Positions 13,331-28,800 of a stretch of DNA of 64,000 bases are shown one piece after another; within the stretch, counting starts at the first letter, position 1; each line of letters starts with the position of its first letter. The stretch lies in assembly GCA_050230475.1 (NCBI GenBank), contig JBFLGF010000131.1, positions 1-64,000 on the forward strand, read 5' to 3'. The notes below the pieces were generated by a model. That model worked only from the letters and a program-made list of their open reading frames with translations, was not told the DNA's origin and searched no databases. Source of the stretch: Ancylonema sp. (taxonomy: Eukaryota). Made by a program: the position numbers and the translations under genes.

Positions 13331-14039
13331 TTTCGTGGGTTATTAACAAATTAAGGTTTTTAAGATTTGAAGTTTAAGGTTTTTAAGGGTTATTATTGTA
13401 CTAGGGGTGGTTTAAAGCCTTTAAAACCCAACCCTACAAAATGCGAACAAATGAGTTCGCTGTATAGCGAAAGTAAAAGAATCGATTGTAATGACAAAAC
13501 TCAAAAAAATATCACCAAACACCTCACAGACGGCGCTCACATCTCCATGGGCTCGTGACCTCGCTCTTTCACATGTCGACGCGTTGACCCCGTCAAACAT
13601 CATCGCTCCAACTCTCAGGAGGCAAATATCGACAAAAAAACGTATTGGCCAAATTTTGAGCCACTGTTGGGTATGCTTACCATTCTATAAATGGCAAGCA
13701 ACTCACTAAGCCATTTCAAATTATGGTATGCGCACGAAAAAGAGAAGCGACATCGCGCACACAAAATTGAGCGTAAATTCAAGCACCCAATCGGTTATTG
13801 TGATATAATTATATCTGCAATCGTAGCTTCTCATTGGTAAGTTATAGGGGATGATTTCACAACATAATTTGGTTAGCAACACTTATTTAGTACAGGATAC
13901 TTTTACGTACGGATATTTTAGCGGGGACCATAATATCGACAGAAAGTATTTTGAGTGGCCCGCTTACGAGATCTAGTCACTACAGATAAATCGGTAGGGA
14001 CCAAAGTTGGAATGACTGGATGGGACGATAAATTGACTA

Positions 14040-14516
14040 GAATTAGCGGCGCCGCAACCTTATCCGGTTTTAGCGATAATACGTGATTGGTGTGCTGGAG
14101 TGTATGCTGAATTTTCCGTACGATTGACTACGTCTCTTAGAGCTGATGAATGACAAGTTTCGTGTTTGAATGTTCCTCGTACAAAGCGAGAATCACAAAA
14201 GTGTGCCGACGGTCGGATCTATTGACCGTCGGCCTATTATAACTCACCAACAGTCAAATGTGTCAACGGCACATGCCGGAAAATCTGACATGACTAGCAC
14301 CAATCTCACTCAACGTCTTTTAGATGCAGAAGCATCTATACTACACGTGCCATAAACGGCACTATCGAATCGTCACGTCATGTTCGGGTGCCTGGACACA
14401 AGTCCGGCCCCTCAATACAAGCACACCCTGAGAATCCTACCGGCAACACTAACCGGTAGCCCAGACTAGCACACTAGCAAGCATGGCTATCCGATACAAT
14501 TTCTACACACCCCCTC
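14040..14516 (-). mobile_element. 3' LTR with polypurine tract
   Basis: Minus strand reads GAGGGGGTG|TGTAGAAATTGTATCGGATAGCC (PPT, then a TG start at 14507). Homologous to 10805-11340. Left boundary approximate. Confidence 0.65.
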
Positions 14517-15222
14517 GGATGCCATGCCGAGGTTGGCATCGGGTCAGCACCAAGGGACTACCCTAGTTATAGCTAAATCATGGCAAAACCATTGCATAGC
14601 CCATGAGGTAGTAGGTCCCCTAGGTTCCCCAGCATACTACTAAGCGGTGGACTCTTATCCTTGCAGAGTATTGTTTCATTACACTTTATATTCCGTCATT
14701 ATCCCGTCCCCGTTCGCAATTCCCCCTTGTCGTTTGCAAGCTATAATTTTGTCATTTAGCACGTCTCCCGTTCATCTTATTCTTCTTTCCCATCGTTGTC
14801 CTCCCATTCCTTCCTAATGTGTGACACTCATAGATTCAGTTTGTCGTTTGTGCCAAAGAATCTATCATTTTTTCAAGAAATCCCGCATCTGACGGGTGAG
14901 CATTGTTCAGTGCCCCGTCCCTCCCCCAGATGTCATCCGATTCCCGTAATGTCACAAGATCTTTGAGGTTCGCTATATAATATTTCAGCTGCCAAAAATT
15001 AACCGGATCCGACGGACACTGTAACCATCAAAATATGGTTACTATGTTCCGGACGTACTGCCCGAAGTATCGGTAACTAGTAACTACCTGCTTCGCAGAG
15101 GAGGATTTGTACTTAGCCGCATTTTCATGTTCCGTTTTTTCCAGGCGGGTCGCGGCCGCGCGCCGGCTCGAGGCCTGGCTCGTAAATTCCGCGAGCGGAG
15201 CGGGACCCACTATGGTTGTAAT

Positions 15223-15308
15223 CAAAGTTGGGCGCGCACAACTAAAATCGCGCTCATGTTCCGAAAATGTGCGCATCAAACCCGTGCTCATGTGCGCGCC
15301 CAACTGTG
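15223..15308. mobile_element. 86-bp hAT-like MITE
   Basis: TIRs CAAAGTTGGGCGCGCAC / GTGCGCGCCCAACTGTG. 8-bp TSD GTTGTAAT / GTTGGAAT. Abuts the ...CCCACTATG end of another element at 15214. Inverted copy at 23847-23931. Confidence 0.85.
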
Positions 15309-15334
15309 GTTGGAATGCATTATAGCATGTAAAT

Positions 15335-18300
15335 TGTTGGCCTTAATCAAGGTGAGGTGCTTATGCGAACTTGGTTAACGCATACAACATCAGAAAACAA
15401 ACTAGAATGGCACAACCATACAAACTGTTAGTTTTTGGGGAATGTGAACTTACATCGATTTATGAGATCTCTACGTTCTAGCTTTAAGTTTCTCGTTATT
15501 CAGCGAACGCCGGTCGAACTTGCAAGTAATAATGGGGCGAAAAGTTCTAGCCTGTCAGCACAAGTGTAAATAAGATTAGGTGATCTGGCACGATGCTCAG
15601 TTGTGATTGGAGTTAACTAGAGTAATGTTGATAGTTTGACTCAGACGTTCGATCGATCACACTTTGTACTAGGTGTGGACTTGCACGAAAGATGCTATAT
15701 GCATACTTTCTACTTCAATCTTGCACTTTTTATTGTGTCTACGCTTATAATGACGTGATTTGTCGATTCAAGAGTTGATTGAGAGAGTTGTGCTTTATTC
15801 TTGCATCGATAGCAGAAGAAAGCACTCACACTGGTATCATAGTAAGATATTGCATCTTGGACAGAGACAAAGTTCCCTTCCAAGCATGGAGATCTAAGGC
15901 CTCAGCGATCCTTCACGATGCTGAGTACCTTGAGATCTGCAAGGGAACAAAGATAGAACCGGAAGAGGGGCTACCTAATTATGATGAGGATAATTGGATG
16001 TTAAACGAAGCAAGAGTGGATCAGTACTCTCTCGTTGTCGGAAATTTTCGCAAAAGGACAAAGAAGGCAATTTTGTTGCTAATGTCACTTGTTAGTGAAA
16101 ACATCGCGACATCTCGCAATATGAAAGAGATCTGACAGCAATGTGGGACTATCTTAAAGAAGAGTACGATAAAGTGACGCCAGAACTTCGACAACTTACA
16201 TTTTTAATTCTTTCAAAATGGATGAGAAATTGCGAGTCCGTGACATAAATATGGATTTTCTGTCGATTCTGAGAAAGTGTACGCATCAGAGATACAAAGT
16301 TAGTGAAGAAGATCAGGACATGACTCTAGTCCCTTGGATGTCGAGAACAAAGTACGGAATGTTGAAGAAACTGTACTATGGCCAAAAAGAGTCATGTGGA
16401 ATCACCTAGATCTAGGCACAAATGGGAATCGATGAGCTGGACGAGAAGAAAGAGCAGAGAGTCAGAGTTGTTGAAGCACTGGTGGCCGAAGCTAACTATG
16501 CTAAGTGATCAGCCCGACAAAGTTCTTCAAATCGAGGCAGAGGTGGAGGTGTCGACAATTCCAGAGGTAGAGGTGCAAGCATAGGAAATTTTGGGGGCAA
16601 CCGTGGAAGCACAGGTGGACAAGTTGGCAGGAGTGGCAACAACATATCTTGTGGAGGACACTCATGCTATACCCTTGGAGAGACAACTCACCACAACAAA
16701 GATTGTTCAAAGAAAGATGGTGAATGCAAGTATTATGGAGCGATCGGTCATGTAGAGTTCACTTGCTTCGACAAGAAGAATGATGCTCCACACATGCAAA
16801 GAAAGGGGGTGCGCAGGGAGAAAATTTGTATTTGTTGGTGAAGCAGAAGTCAAGGATGATGAGAGCTATGGGTATGGAGAGGTTGTTATCGCTGAAATTT
16901 GCGAGGGAAATGTTGCACATCATGACGATGAAGAAAAGGGCTTTCTTTTCGATGACGGTTCCACTCATCACTCTAGTTTGCAGAAATGTCATTTCAAAAC
17001 TCTCGAAGACATTCCTCACGAAGTCATCATGCATCATCTTGTCAGCACAATGTGCGCGTGAAGCAGGGGGGAACAGTAGAGCTCAATATAGATGTAGAGT
17101 GTGGTAGAGTGAATCCTCAAAAATGTATGTGCATTCGTGGCATGCGAATCAATCTCGTCAGTGTGCACAAGGCAAGAGAGGCACGATGGTCATATACCTG
17201 CAGTGGCAAAGCCAGGGGCATAATTCGTGTCTTCAACAAATCTGGGAAGCAAGTGTGCACACTGCAAGAGACGTCGACTGACCAAAAAACCTTGATTTGC
17301 ACACCAGTTCGACATCAAAAGAGAATCGAAGGGGAAGCTATTGTTGCTTCCATCGACATCAATCGGCTGCATACAAGAATTGCGCATGCAAATGAGAGGG
17401 TGCTCAAAAATCTGGTCCGTGAAAATCTTGTCCGAGGACTTGAGGGAGGAATTTTTGGAGTTAAGCAAAACTATGAGGGCTGCACGCTAGGCAAAGCCCA
17501 TGACAAACGTCATCCACGTTGAGGATTAGGTGCAAGCGAACGAGTGTGTCTGGGAAGGATGTAAGTGGATCTGGCGGGGCCATTCAAACCAACATCGATC
17601 GGAGGTGATTGTCGATGAATTCAACAAAAAATCTTGGGTGGAGATCCTTCGCCACAAAGATGATGCAGGCCCTCGCTTGAAGTAGTTGGTTTCCATTCTG
17701 GAGAGACAAGCAGGTAGGCCAGTGAAAAAATTGCGAACAGATCGAGCGGATAAATTCATCGATGGAGATCTTCGGAAGTGGCTCAAAACCAAAGGGGTGA
17801 GACATGAGACAACGCCCCGGAACACACCCCAAGGCAATGCAATCACTCAGCGAATGAATCGAACACTACAAGACAGAGCTCGATGCTACTGCACATGCAA
17901 CTTCCCCCTGGTCTATGGGCAAAAGCAATTTCTCTAGCTTCTTACCTTCGAAATCGATGACAACTCAATAGACTTCCAACGATGCCTGAAGAGTTGTGGT
18001 CAAGTTTTGTTCCAAAAATCGATCGTCTACAATCGTCTGGCTGCAAGGTGTATGCGTCCTAAGAAGCAAGAGCGCCAAGGCAAAATGGGAGTTCTGGCAT
18101 GGGTTGGGGTGCTGGTTGGATGGAATTATAAAAGCCCATGTCATCGAGTGTGGGACCGTGCGACTAACAAAGTCCACAACGTCAGTGCAGCACATGCAAA
18201 TTTCGATGAGTTGGTAAAAGCCGGATGGTGGAGGGGCCAAATTGTCGGAAAAAAAAACAAGACGGGCTGAATCGCACGAAGCAACTAAAATGGCATGGCC

Positions 18301-19104
18301 AGACCTAAATTCTTCAGACCAAGGAGTAGGAGGGGGCAATTCTAGAAGTGAGCAACCGGCTAAAGAAACGTTGGATGCTGTCGATGGCGAAATTTCTGGT
18401 GCTGTGGGAAATCCATTACCACAACTTCACAAACCTCATCCTCCTCAGAGTGAAGTCCTTCCAGATCTTGTAAGCAACTCGAGTGGCGATGACGAAGATC
18501 AAGATATCCTTGAAAATGATCCAATATGGTACCCAGATGATGCAACTCCTCTCAACCCTTTTGGACCAGTTGATGATGATGCGGAAATTTCAGCCGATGA
18601 TGCTATTGCTGTCACCACCCCTCTTCGTCGATCAGCAAGGCAGCGTAAGTCTCCTCTAGCAGATTTACTACTGATATTGTTGCCAACGTGGAAGCTGAAG
18701 TTCAAACTCTTGAGATAGTGGAGCAAGATCTTCAAAGTCTAGAAAAGTTTCAATGCCAAGCAGTAATGGATGTATAAATGGGCAGTCTCTAACAAAACCA
18801 AGTCTATCAACTAGTAAAACGGCCAAAGAATAAGAAAATTGTCAAGTCAAAGTGGGTTTTCCGAGTGAAGAAAAATGCAGATGGTACAATTGAGAAGTTC
18901 AAAGCCAGGGTCGTAGCTAAGGGCTTCGGTCAGGTCGAGGGGGTGGACTATGACCAGACATTCTCACCAACTGTCGTATTCGGGAATATCCGTCAACGTG
19001 TGGCAATGGGGGCATCCAAGGGTCTCCACATGCATCAAATGGATGTAACAACTACTTTATTGTATGCACCATTGAAGGAGGTGGGGTACATAGAGGCTCC
19101 GTAT
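15335..19104 (+). mobile_element. Decayed Ty1/copia retrotransposon, truncated within RT
   Basis: Putative 5' LTR TGTTGG...CA (to 15830). Met-type PBS TGGTATCATAG at 15832. Gag, knuckle CKYYGAIGHVEFTC, protease FLFDDGSTHH, pre-integrase LHTRIAH..CTLGK, integrase KKLRTDR..TPQGNAITQRMNRTL, RT KFKARVVAKGFGQVEGVDY..HQMDV, all in copia order. Many stops and frameshifts. Confidence 0.92.
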
Positions 19105-19106
19105 TA

Positions 19107-19765
19107 CCGTACTGGGCACCCTAAATGATTTCTGTTTTTCCAAAATTAATTATTTTCGTAATGATAATTCTCAAAATGATCCCGGGATTCCGTTAGTTAT
19201 TATCGATGGTTTTTGGTAATGATTCCATGAATCCGTTAGTTATTATCAATGATTTTTGGGGATGATGCCGGATTGTTGGGATAAAAAACGTGATAGATTT
19301 CCTTGTTTAGGAATTAAAAATCGAATGATTTGTCTATCTCTAGGTCATTCTTACATATTTACCGTACATTTTGACGTCACAAGTGCACGTGGCAAGCCCT
19401 CGTACTAGTCGCGATATCTTGACCGGCCATAATTTTGTCGTTAGGCTTGGTCTTAATTTGTCGTTTAGCGCGTCTAACCGGTGACGGTGATATTTCCCAT
19501 AACGTGGGACTTGAGGGCCCGGTACGTACTTTCTGACGTCATACATGTCGCTCGTCCAAAAATGTGTCCTTTTTCACGTGCCTACTTTGTCGTGTACTCA
19601 TCACATATCGAGTCGAATCCAGCTGACCCCGAATATCCCGTAAATGATTCCTAAAACGGGTTTTATTAATGATTTTGAGTATCCTTTTGGTACCATTTAG
19701 TAATTAATTTAAATGATTACTCTCAGGTTTCAATAATTAAAAATCATTTACGGTGCCCAGTACGG
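19107..19765. mobile_element. Tc1/pogo-type MITE (CCGTA ends)
   Basis: TA|CCGTACTGGGCACCCTAAATGATT ... AATCATTTACGGTGCCCAGTACGG|TA. Confidence 0.9.
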
Positions 19766-20382
19766 TAGTTGTACAGACGATACTTTCCTACGTTCCTGCG
19801 CTCATGGGCTCACCGAGCCCTCATTTGAATCATTCGTAAATGCCGCTCACATGTGAACGAGTTCCAAACTCGAGCCCATTTTTTCCGGGCCCATCTCACA
19901 TCTCACAATTCACACAAATTATACCGGTCGGAATAATTTTTCCCGCGCGGCACTATCGCGCACATGCTCACAGCAGCACTTGCAGGGGGCTGGTTTCCAG
20001 ATCTTTTGAAGTTGGTATGGCGTTTTATCGCGTTGCATGTTGATCACGAACCCCTCGATTTCAATCGGGCCGGGCCAGAATCTTTTTAAAGCTCAGACTC
20101 CTAGGCAGCCAATCATGCGCGCCCAATAATCGTGCAACTGAGCCGCTTCGACCGTTGGATTGTTTTCATCTTCATCTATTTGATTTTCAACCCTTGGATG
20201 TCCTTCTGTGGGTTTTGGCGGTAAATGACTATCTCTGCTCAGAGCTTGCAATAGACTTAAAAAACCCTGTCTTTCAACTGAGTGACATCGTCTTCCAGTC
20301 GCTTCCAAAATTCATATTTTCCAGCAGGAGAATTAGCATCGCCTGACAATTCTTCTTTCTTGCGTTCTCCCCATCCGTCACC

Positions 20383-22410
<2,028 letters not shown>

Positions 22411-23846
22411 TACCACGCTGAATGCTGGATGAAAAAGTCTTTGGCAATTTTGAAGGGGATGATTTCTTTGGGACGGGACACACAAATGAAAGTAGATTAC
22501 TTCTCTTCAATTCAATCCGACTGTCTGACTTTCATGAGATAGATGTTGAACACGTCAGTTGTAGAACAGCACATATGTATCAGGAAATAAGCATTGCCAT
22601 CAGAGTATATTGTATGCTCTTGCTTTCTGTATTATTTGAGGGTTTAGAAGTGTAGAGTGCTGTGATATGTCAACAAATCCTGTTGATGTTAAGTCCATAC
22701 TTCATAAAAAAAGGTTTACTGCATAAGAAGGTAAATGTTTGAATGGGGCGCTAATCATCAATAAAGTACTTTGCCTCAGATAAGGGTTGTGGTCCAGTAA
22801 TATGTAGGGACTGGTGGTGGTCCAGTGCTATGGCTTCGGATTTTTAACCATGATCAAAACATTTCTCTGACGTGTATTACGTCGGTGGTCTTGCAAGTGC
22901 TGCTGTTTGTTTAGTTTTGTTTTTATTCTTCGCTTCATCTAGTATTCTGGTATTCGTAGCCGAATTTGGAGATGTCTTGTCCCTCAAATTACCACTTGTA
23001 CTGCCCAATAGATAGTAAAATCTGGCAAATTGAATGTGTTTAGGTGTGACAGGAAATCTCAGACCAACCGAATTTGAGCCGAATTCGGTTGTCCATGAAA
23101 TTGAACTGGTCCAATTTCAGTTTGACCCGCCTTGGGACATCAGCACCGTTGGTCCCGGGAGACCATAGTTGGGTCCTTGCCACAAGCTACTCCCCGGGTA
23201 TTTCTTGCATTTCTCCCTGTCACCAGTTCTCTTGGATATGTCTGGAGAATTTCGGAGGTATAGGGTTCCCCCAACTTTCCTTCTAATTTGTCTTAACTGA
23301 AATGGAATCTGGGAACTTCCGATTCGGATTGGGGGGGCTGAATACTAGTTGAATAACGATGGAACATAATGAAGCTCATATAATGAAGCTCCCGATCCAT
23401 CCTGATCCCAGTTCCCGGTTGGCGCCAGATCGGACCTCATCCGGACAGATGCGGGATCGGGAATACATGATCTGATAGGCCTAGCGAGAACAAATACTTA
23501 TAATGAAACTCGTTGTTTTACGCTAAAATGAATGCTGAAATCTGTGTTTTTCCATTGATTTATCACCCAATATTCGGCGCTTTCCGATCTTGATACGCGA
23601 AGGATCAAGCCCGATCCGAATCGCTGCGGGATTGGGAATTCCCCAATCCGATCGGGCCTAGCTGTAATGTACACCATACTTGGGCGCGCAGATGTGTGCA
23701 TCGCGCACCTCCTCGCATAATCCAAATTTGAATTTCGACGAACTGAAACACCACCGCTCGTAGTTTTTAACACGTCCAGCCCCGAACGCGTCCCGGACGC
23801 GTCCGGAGATCCCCGGACGGTCCGGGACGCAACTATGGTATTTACT

Positions 23847-23931
23847 CCTAGTTGGGCGCGCACATGCGCGCGGGGTTGAGCGCACATGTCCCGAAGATAT
23901 GCGCGATTTTAGTTCTGTGTACCCAACTGTA
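23847..23931. mobile_element. About 85-bp hAT-like MITE (inverted copy of 15223-15308), 9 bp from another element end
   Basis: CCTAGTTGGGCGCGCAC...GTGTACCCAACTGTA. The preceding element ends ...CCGGGACGCAACTATG at 23837 (same family as 45567-45800). TSD poorly preserved. Confidence 0.7.
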
Positions 23932-25419
23932 TTATAAACCCGTTGTGGTGTAACACCGCATCACCGTTTCATCAAAAAATAAAATGTTAATGCTATGTGT
24001 GTGTATGTCATCAATGGAAGCCGACCTGTAATGTGTGTGTATTGCACTAGTGGTGGAAAGACGGAATCAAATGTTAGTTTGCCAATGAGCATGGAGTTGT
24101 ATGGCGATAAACTTTACGAAGAGAGCAACACGAATCACTGTTCTCAAAAAAAAAAATCGTCAAATGTTTTGAGCTAAGCCATGCCAATTCAGGTTCCAAT
24201 GTCTCAATACGAGAAACAAAATGCAGTATTTGCTAAGTTGGAGTCACGGTTTGATAGATTGTGATTGCTCGGGATAACTCGGTTGTGAAGGTAGTGTTGG
24301 ATTGCAAAATTTGGTATCCGTAGAACCTATCTACTTGAACATTCACATTGTACAAACGCTAGACAAGTCCCAGTGGAGCCTAGTTATCCGACTACAATCA
24401 CGGTTGTCGTAGTGGGAGTTATTGCTTGTTAGCAAGCGTGTAAATCACGAATTCTACATAACATGCACAATGTGGACAAGTGGTGGAAGAGAAATGGGGT
24501 ATGCACATGTGACATAAATTATGGCATCTTGTCTTACTCACGGTTCGGTTATGCACAACACTAGAGTTCCCTTGCCATAAATAACCTCCGGAAAACTACA
24601 GCGGCTTTATGACGAGACGCACGTGACAAAAACTCTAAACCGCGTCACCGGGTAACCCATCTCGCAAGGTTGCGATATATAAAATACAAAACATGACGGA
24701 AGGGTGCCTTCTTTTGACGCTCCTTGGACATCACTACCGAGTAACGTGTCACACCCAGGTATTGAACACGTGTTGCCGTGAGCATGATGGACTTACCACG
24801 TGGTACACGAGCTTAGTTAATATTATTCAAGCTTGATTAAGCTTTATTGTAGCTTAACTATATGTTTGCATCGGATGTGGATGATGCGGATCTGCAATCA
24901 AAGCAATCAATAACAATCTCTCTCTTACCACTCGATATTTTATTGAAAGTAGTACGGACGGGAAATGATTCGAGACTACTTGAAACAAAACATTGTAACC
25001 GTGGGGAGGTGTCGAGTGAATTGTAGACAATCTTAATGATCGTTTTATATGAAAATTGGTCGAGAAACCGATAGATGTGCGGACAACGAAATCGGTAACG
25101 ACGGTCGTTAAAAGCCATGCCATTGCAAAAACATCCGTATTAGCACATCCTACAACTTCAAGTCGACAACACCGACACCACCGACATTTCGTTGCCCACA
25201 CTAGGTTGAAAGGGTTGACTCACGAAGGAAAAACTTTGCCCGTCTTCTTCCCCAGAGAGGACTGTCTACCTTGCGCCTTCTCCGCACGTGTCGTCGTTGG
25301 TCGAGGGCCGACGGGAGATCCAAGGGGGCTAGGCACGGATCTCACCGAGCTGAATGCCACTTGGCGGGTGTTGAGTGGACCGGTAGGGTGCTCTCGCTTA
25401 TAAATATGCGGGGGTCCTG

Positions 25420-25496
25420 ATGGGAGTCATGGTTGGAGTCATGGTTGGAGTCATAGTTGGAGTCATGGTGGGAGTCATGGTTGGAGTCATGGTTGG
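25420..25496. repeat. 12-bp tandem repeat, about 6 copies (GGTTGGAGTCAT)
   Basis: Read directly from the sequence. Minus strand gives (NHDS)n or (TMTP)n. Confidence 0.9.
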
Positions 25497-25809
25497 TGGG
25501 AGTCGGAGTAGAAGGGTATAAGTAGGCGTACACCATTATGACATGTGCATTGAAGCAGAGGAGGGATTCATATGTCTTCACGGCACGTGCAGTCGGTCGA
25601 AATTCGGAGATATACACCACAACCCACGTAATGGAGCTAGCGACGACAAGGCGTCTCCGAATGTGAAGTGAATTGGACATTATAAACATAACCCCTAGGA
25701 GAAATAAGAAGTGAAAATAACAACCAGAATACTAATAAAAATTCAATTTCCAAAAAAATGTTCAAAAAAACGGCTTCATTCAAACGATTGACTTCTTCTC
25801 ATCCCCCTC

Positions 25810-28800
25810 TTACCCTTTCCCCTTACCTTGTTTTCCTCTTGTTTGGTATCGCGTACATAGTATCGCAGTTGTCAACCCCATAATGAGTACCACTATTGCA
25901 GCCGCCCCTATGACCAAAACCAAGAGCCAGTGTGGTATCATGAAATTCCAAACACGTGTCTCATTACTCCACCACGAGTCCGTACTGGTCCGCCCCTCCG
26001 CAGACGAAGAAGGAGAAGTGGATTGGAATTGGAGGTCGAAAGAGGCCTCGGTGTTGGTCGGTGCTAGGGGCGGGGTAGAGCAAACTCGTTGTCGGGTGAT
26101 GCACGATGTTTGGGACGGGCACTCGAAATCGCTTTCGCAACTCGTCTGGAACATCACAATCGTACGGTACGGTACGGTACGGGGTGGGTTATTCGAATTC
26201 CAATACCAACACGCATATTCTCGCTATTAGTGACGATAAGAATGTAACGCTAATAATAATCCCACTCGTAACGATCGTAGACGTGACATTGATAATGATT
26301 GTAGGAGATCATAATGATCAGTATTATGTTCTTCATTCATAGGAATGATGATGATGGTGATGATGATGTTATTTGTAATGATTATAATGACGATGATGAT
26401 AAGAGTAATAAGAACAATCATTATAATCATAAAGAGTAAAACGTCATTAGCAATCATAAGAAATACAACATGAAACATGATTGATGTACAGAAGGGTCGG
26501 TCTACCTACCTGCGAGCAGTCGCTCCCTACATACCCCGGGGCACTGACAAGTCCCTTGGAAACAGTTCCCTACGCCCCACCCAAACGCATCGCACAATCT
26601 TAGATTTCGACTTCGTGTTGGTGCACTTGCACGGTGGGTGGGAAAAAGGAAGAAGCTAAAAGACCGAGCCAAGCCAAGATGTAAATAAAGGGAATACGTT
26701 CAAAATGGAAAAAAAATGCATGAAGCCAAAAACTACACCTCAAGGACCTCATTAAAGACGGCATCGCAAACCGAACACCCCCCAAATAGCCGGACGAAGA
26801 GCAAAGTAGACTGAAACTATATATGAACACAATGTTCCTTATACCGACGTAACTTCCATCAAGATCGTTGGATAACCACCTCCTCGCCTTCGTTATGTGC
26901 GTTTTCTTTCTTATAACCCAAGCCCCCGTCCCACCTCCCCCCTCCCCCCTTCTTTCCCCTTGATGCTGTGCCCCCCTCTATATCCCTATCGCCTATCCGT
27001 ATTTTCCTTGTATTAACCCACCGTGAGCCCAACAGTCCATTGGACACGTGGCATAGCCACAAAAATGCGCAACAGGCGGGCACTCAAGGCTCCCCCCCTG
27101 CCACTCCCCAACGCCACGTAGGCTAACAAGGCCCCCTTTGGCGGGACACGTAATCCAATCATAACCCACCTGGACGGGCACACGGCGTCCCCATTAGCGA
27201 CAAAAAAATGGCTTAATAGGCGCCACTATCGGAAAGAGATAGTGGCGCCATTAAGCCTTAATCGCGCCACTGGCGCATCGAATCTTCATTTCATGTATAG
27301 CTTAACGCCATTTGAATGATCCTTTTTTTTTTTTTTTTTTTTTAAATATATATGACTGAAAATTGTGTGGTATAATAATGTGTAAATATTTTACAGGTCA
27401 CACTGCACCACGCAAAATTCCCAACCATTTAACAATTACATTCCCCAATCTCTCTCCCCCTTTCCGTCTTGCATTCGCATGCAATTTACTCCGATACTCA
27501 TAAATTAACGCATGTAACAAAACTTTAAGAAAACCCGAATTATTATCCCGAAAAACAAAATAAAATGTCAAACCCCCCCCCCCCCTTCAAACAAGCAAGA
27601 CGAAGAAAAAAGAAAGGCTCACCTGCACTTCTAGCATCACTCCCCCGTCGCTGTTTGTGGTGCACCTCTGATTGAAGCACCCCCCCCCTTGACTCTGTTT
27701 CTCGTTCCTTCCTCTCACCCAAGTGGTCCCCCCATCTCCAAAGCAACGCGACCCGAGCCCAAAGTTTTGGCCCCAACTCAACCAATCGGAGCGGTTGTCG
27801 GTTACGAATTGGCAATGTTGGTCCGAGTACCTGCGAGAAATATGTTATAATACGTGTGTTATTCGTTAGAAAGGGGGCAATGTTTCACCAAAATTTTCAT
27901 GACGTCGTGATTCTCAGTAACTACGAAAATAATCATAATACGATCATGATCATGATTATAATCCGTACGTTATTTGTTGGCGCGGGGGCAGTGTTTCGTC
28001 AAGATTTAACAATTATGTTTCACCAAGACCTCTGACGTCATAAATCTTCGATAACAAGTTTGATATTGGAAAAAAGGGTCCGTTATTCCATTTAAATCCG
28101 TTCTTGAAGAGTCGATTTCGCGCCCTTCGCGCCCTTCTAACCCACCCCATCTTTGAGTATTCACGAGTTGAAGTAGAGGTGGAATCTAGGTTTCAATACA
28201 AAAAATCGAAGTATCGAATCACCGGCGACATACCCAATCGTTCCTTTTCTCACATTTGTACGGACGGACACCCGTCCGCAAGACACGGCTCGGAGTACGT
28301 GTCGGAGGAATCGCACGATTGGCAGTACCCCATCGCTTTGGAGTCGTACGAGCAACCCTTTGAGCGGGTGGGGGGGGGCGGGCGGAAAGGGAGGAGGGAA
28401 CTTAAAACGCGGGCGCAAGGAGCTTCTATCTTAGCCCTTGGCATTCGTTGGTAAGACGTATTGCGATACTTGTTACATTCTTTCATGTCTTTGATGATGT
28501 GTGTTTTCGCTGTCGCACACCTAGCGAGGGTAAGAAAGAGAGAAAAAAAAAAAAAAAAAGAGACGAGAAAGACAAGAATTTTACCATCCGTGCGAGGCTA
28601 CGGGGAGAGAATCGATCGGACATTTTTTGAGGTCGTTCTGGATTTTTTTGTTGGAAGCATATCCGACGTAGCGGTTGTCTTTCTTTTGTGGAATATTGCG
28701 AACGAAGTTGAGAACCGGTGTCTCCATGTGGGTCTAATTCGATAAATGTTTACTCGTTAAAAAATAAACCATCCATAGACCACAGATACGATACCGATGT

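Noticed and set aside
10805..14516. DIRS-like element (inverted long repeats around an RT relic)
   Set aside because: The repeats are visibly diverged, each looks like an ordinary LTR (TG start, PPT), the enclosed relic is LINE-like and no tyrosine recombinase is seen. More likely two independent insertions.
23949..24752. Solo LTR (TGTAACAC...GTGTCACA)
   Set aside because: The ends fit, but the flanking 5-mers (TGTGG / CCCAG) do not form a TSD and there is no second copy in the window.
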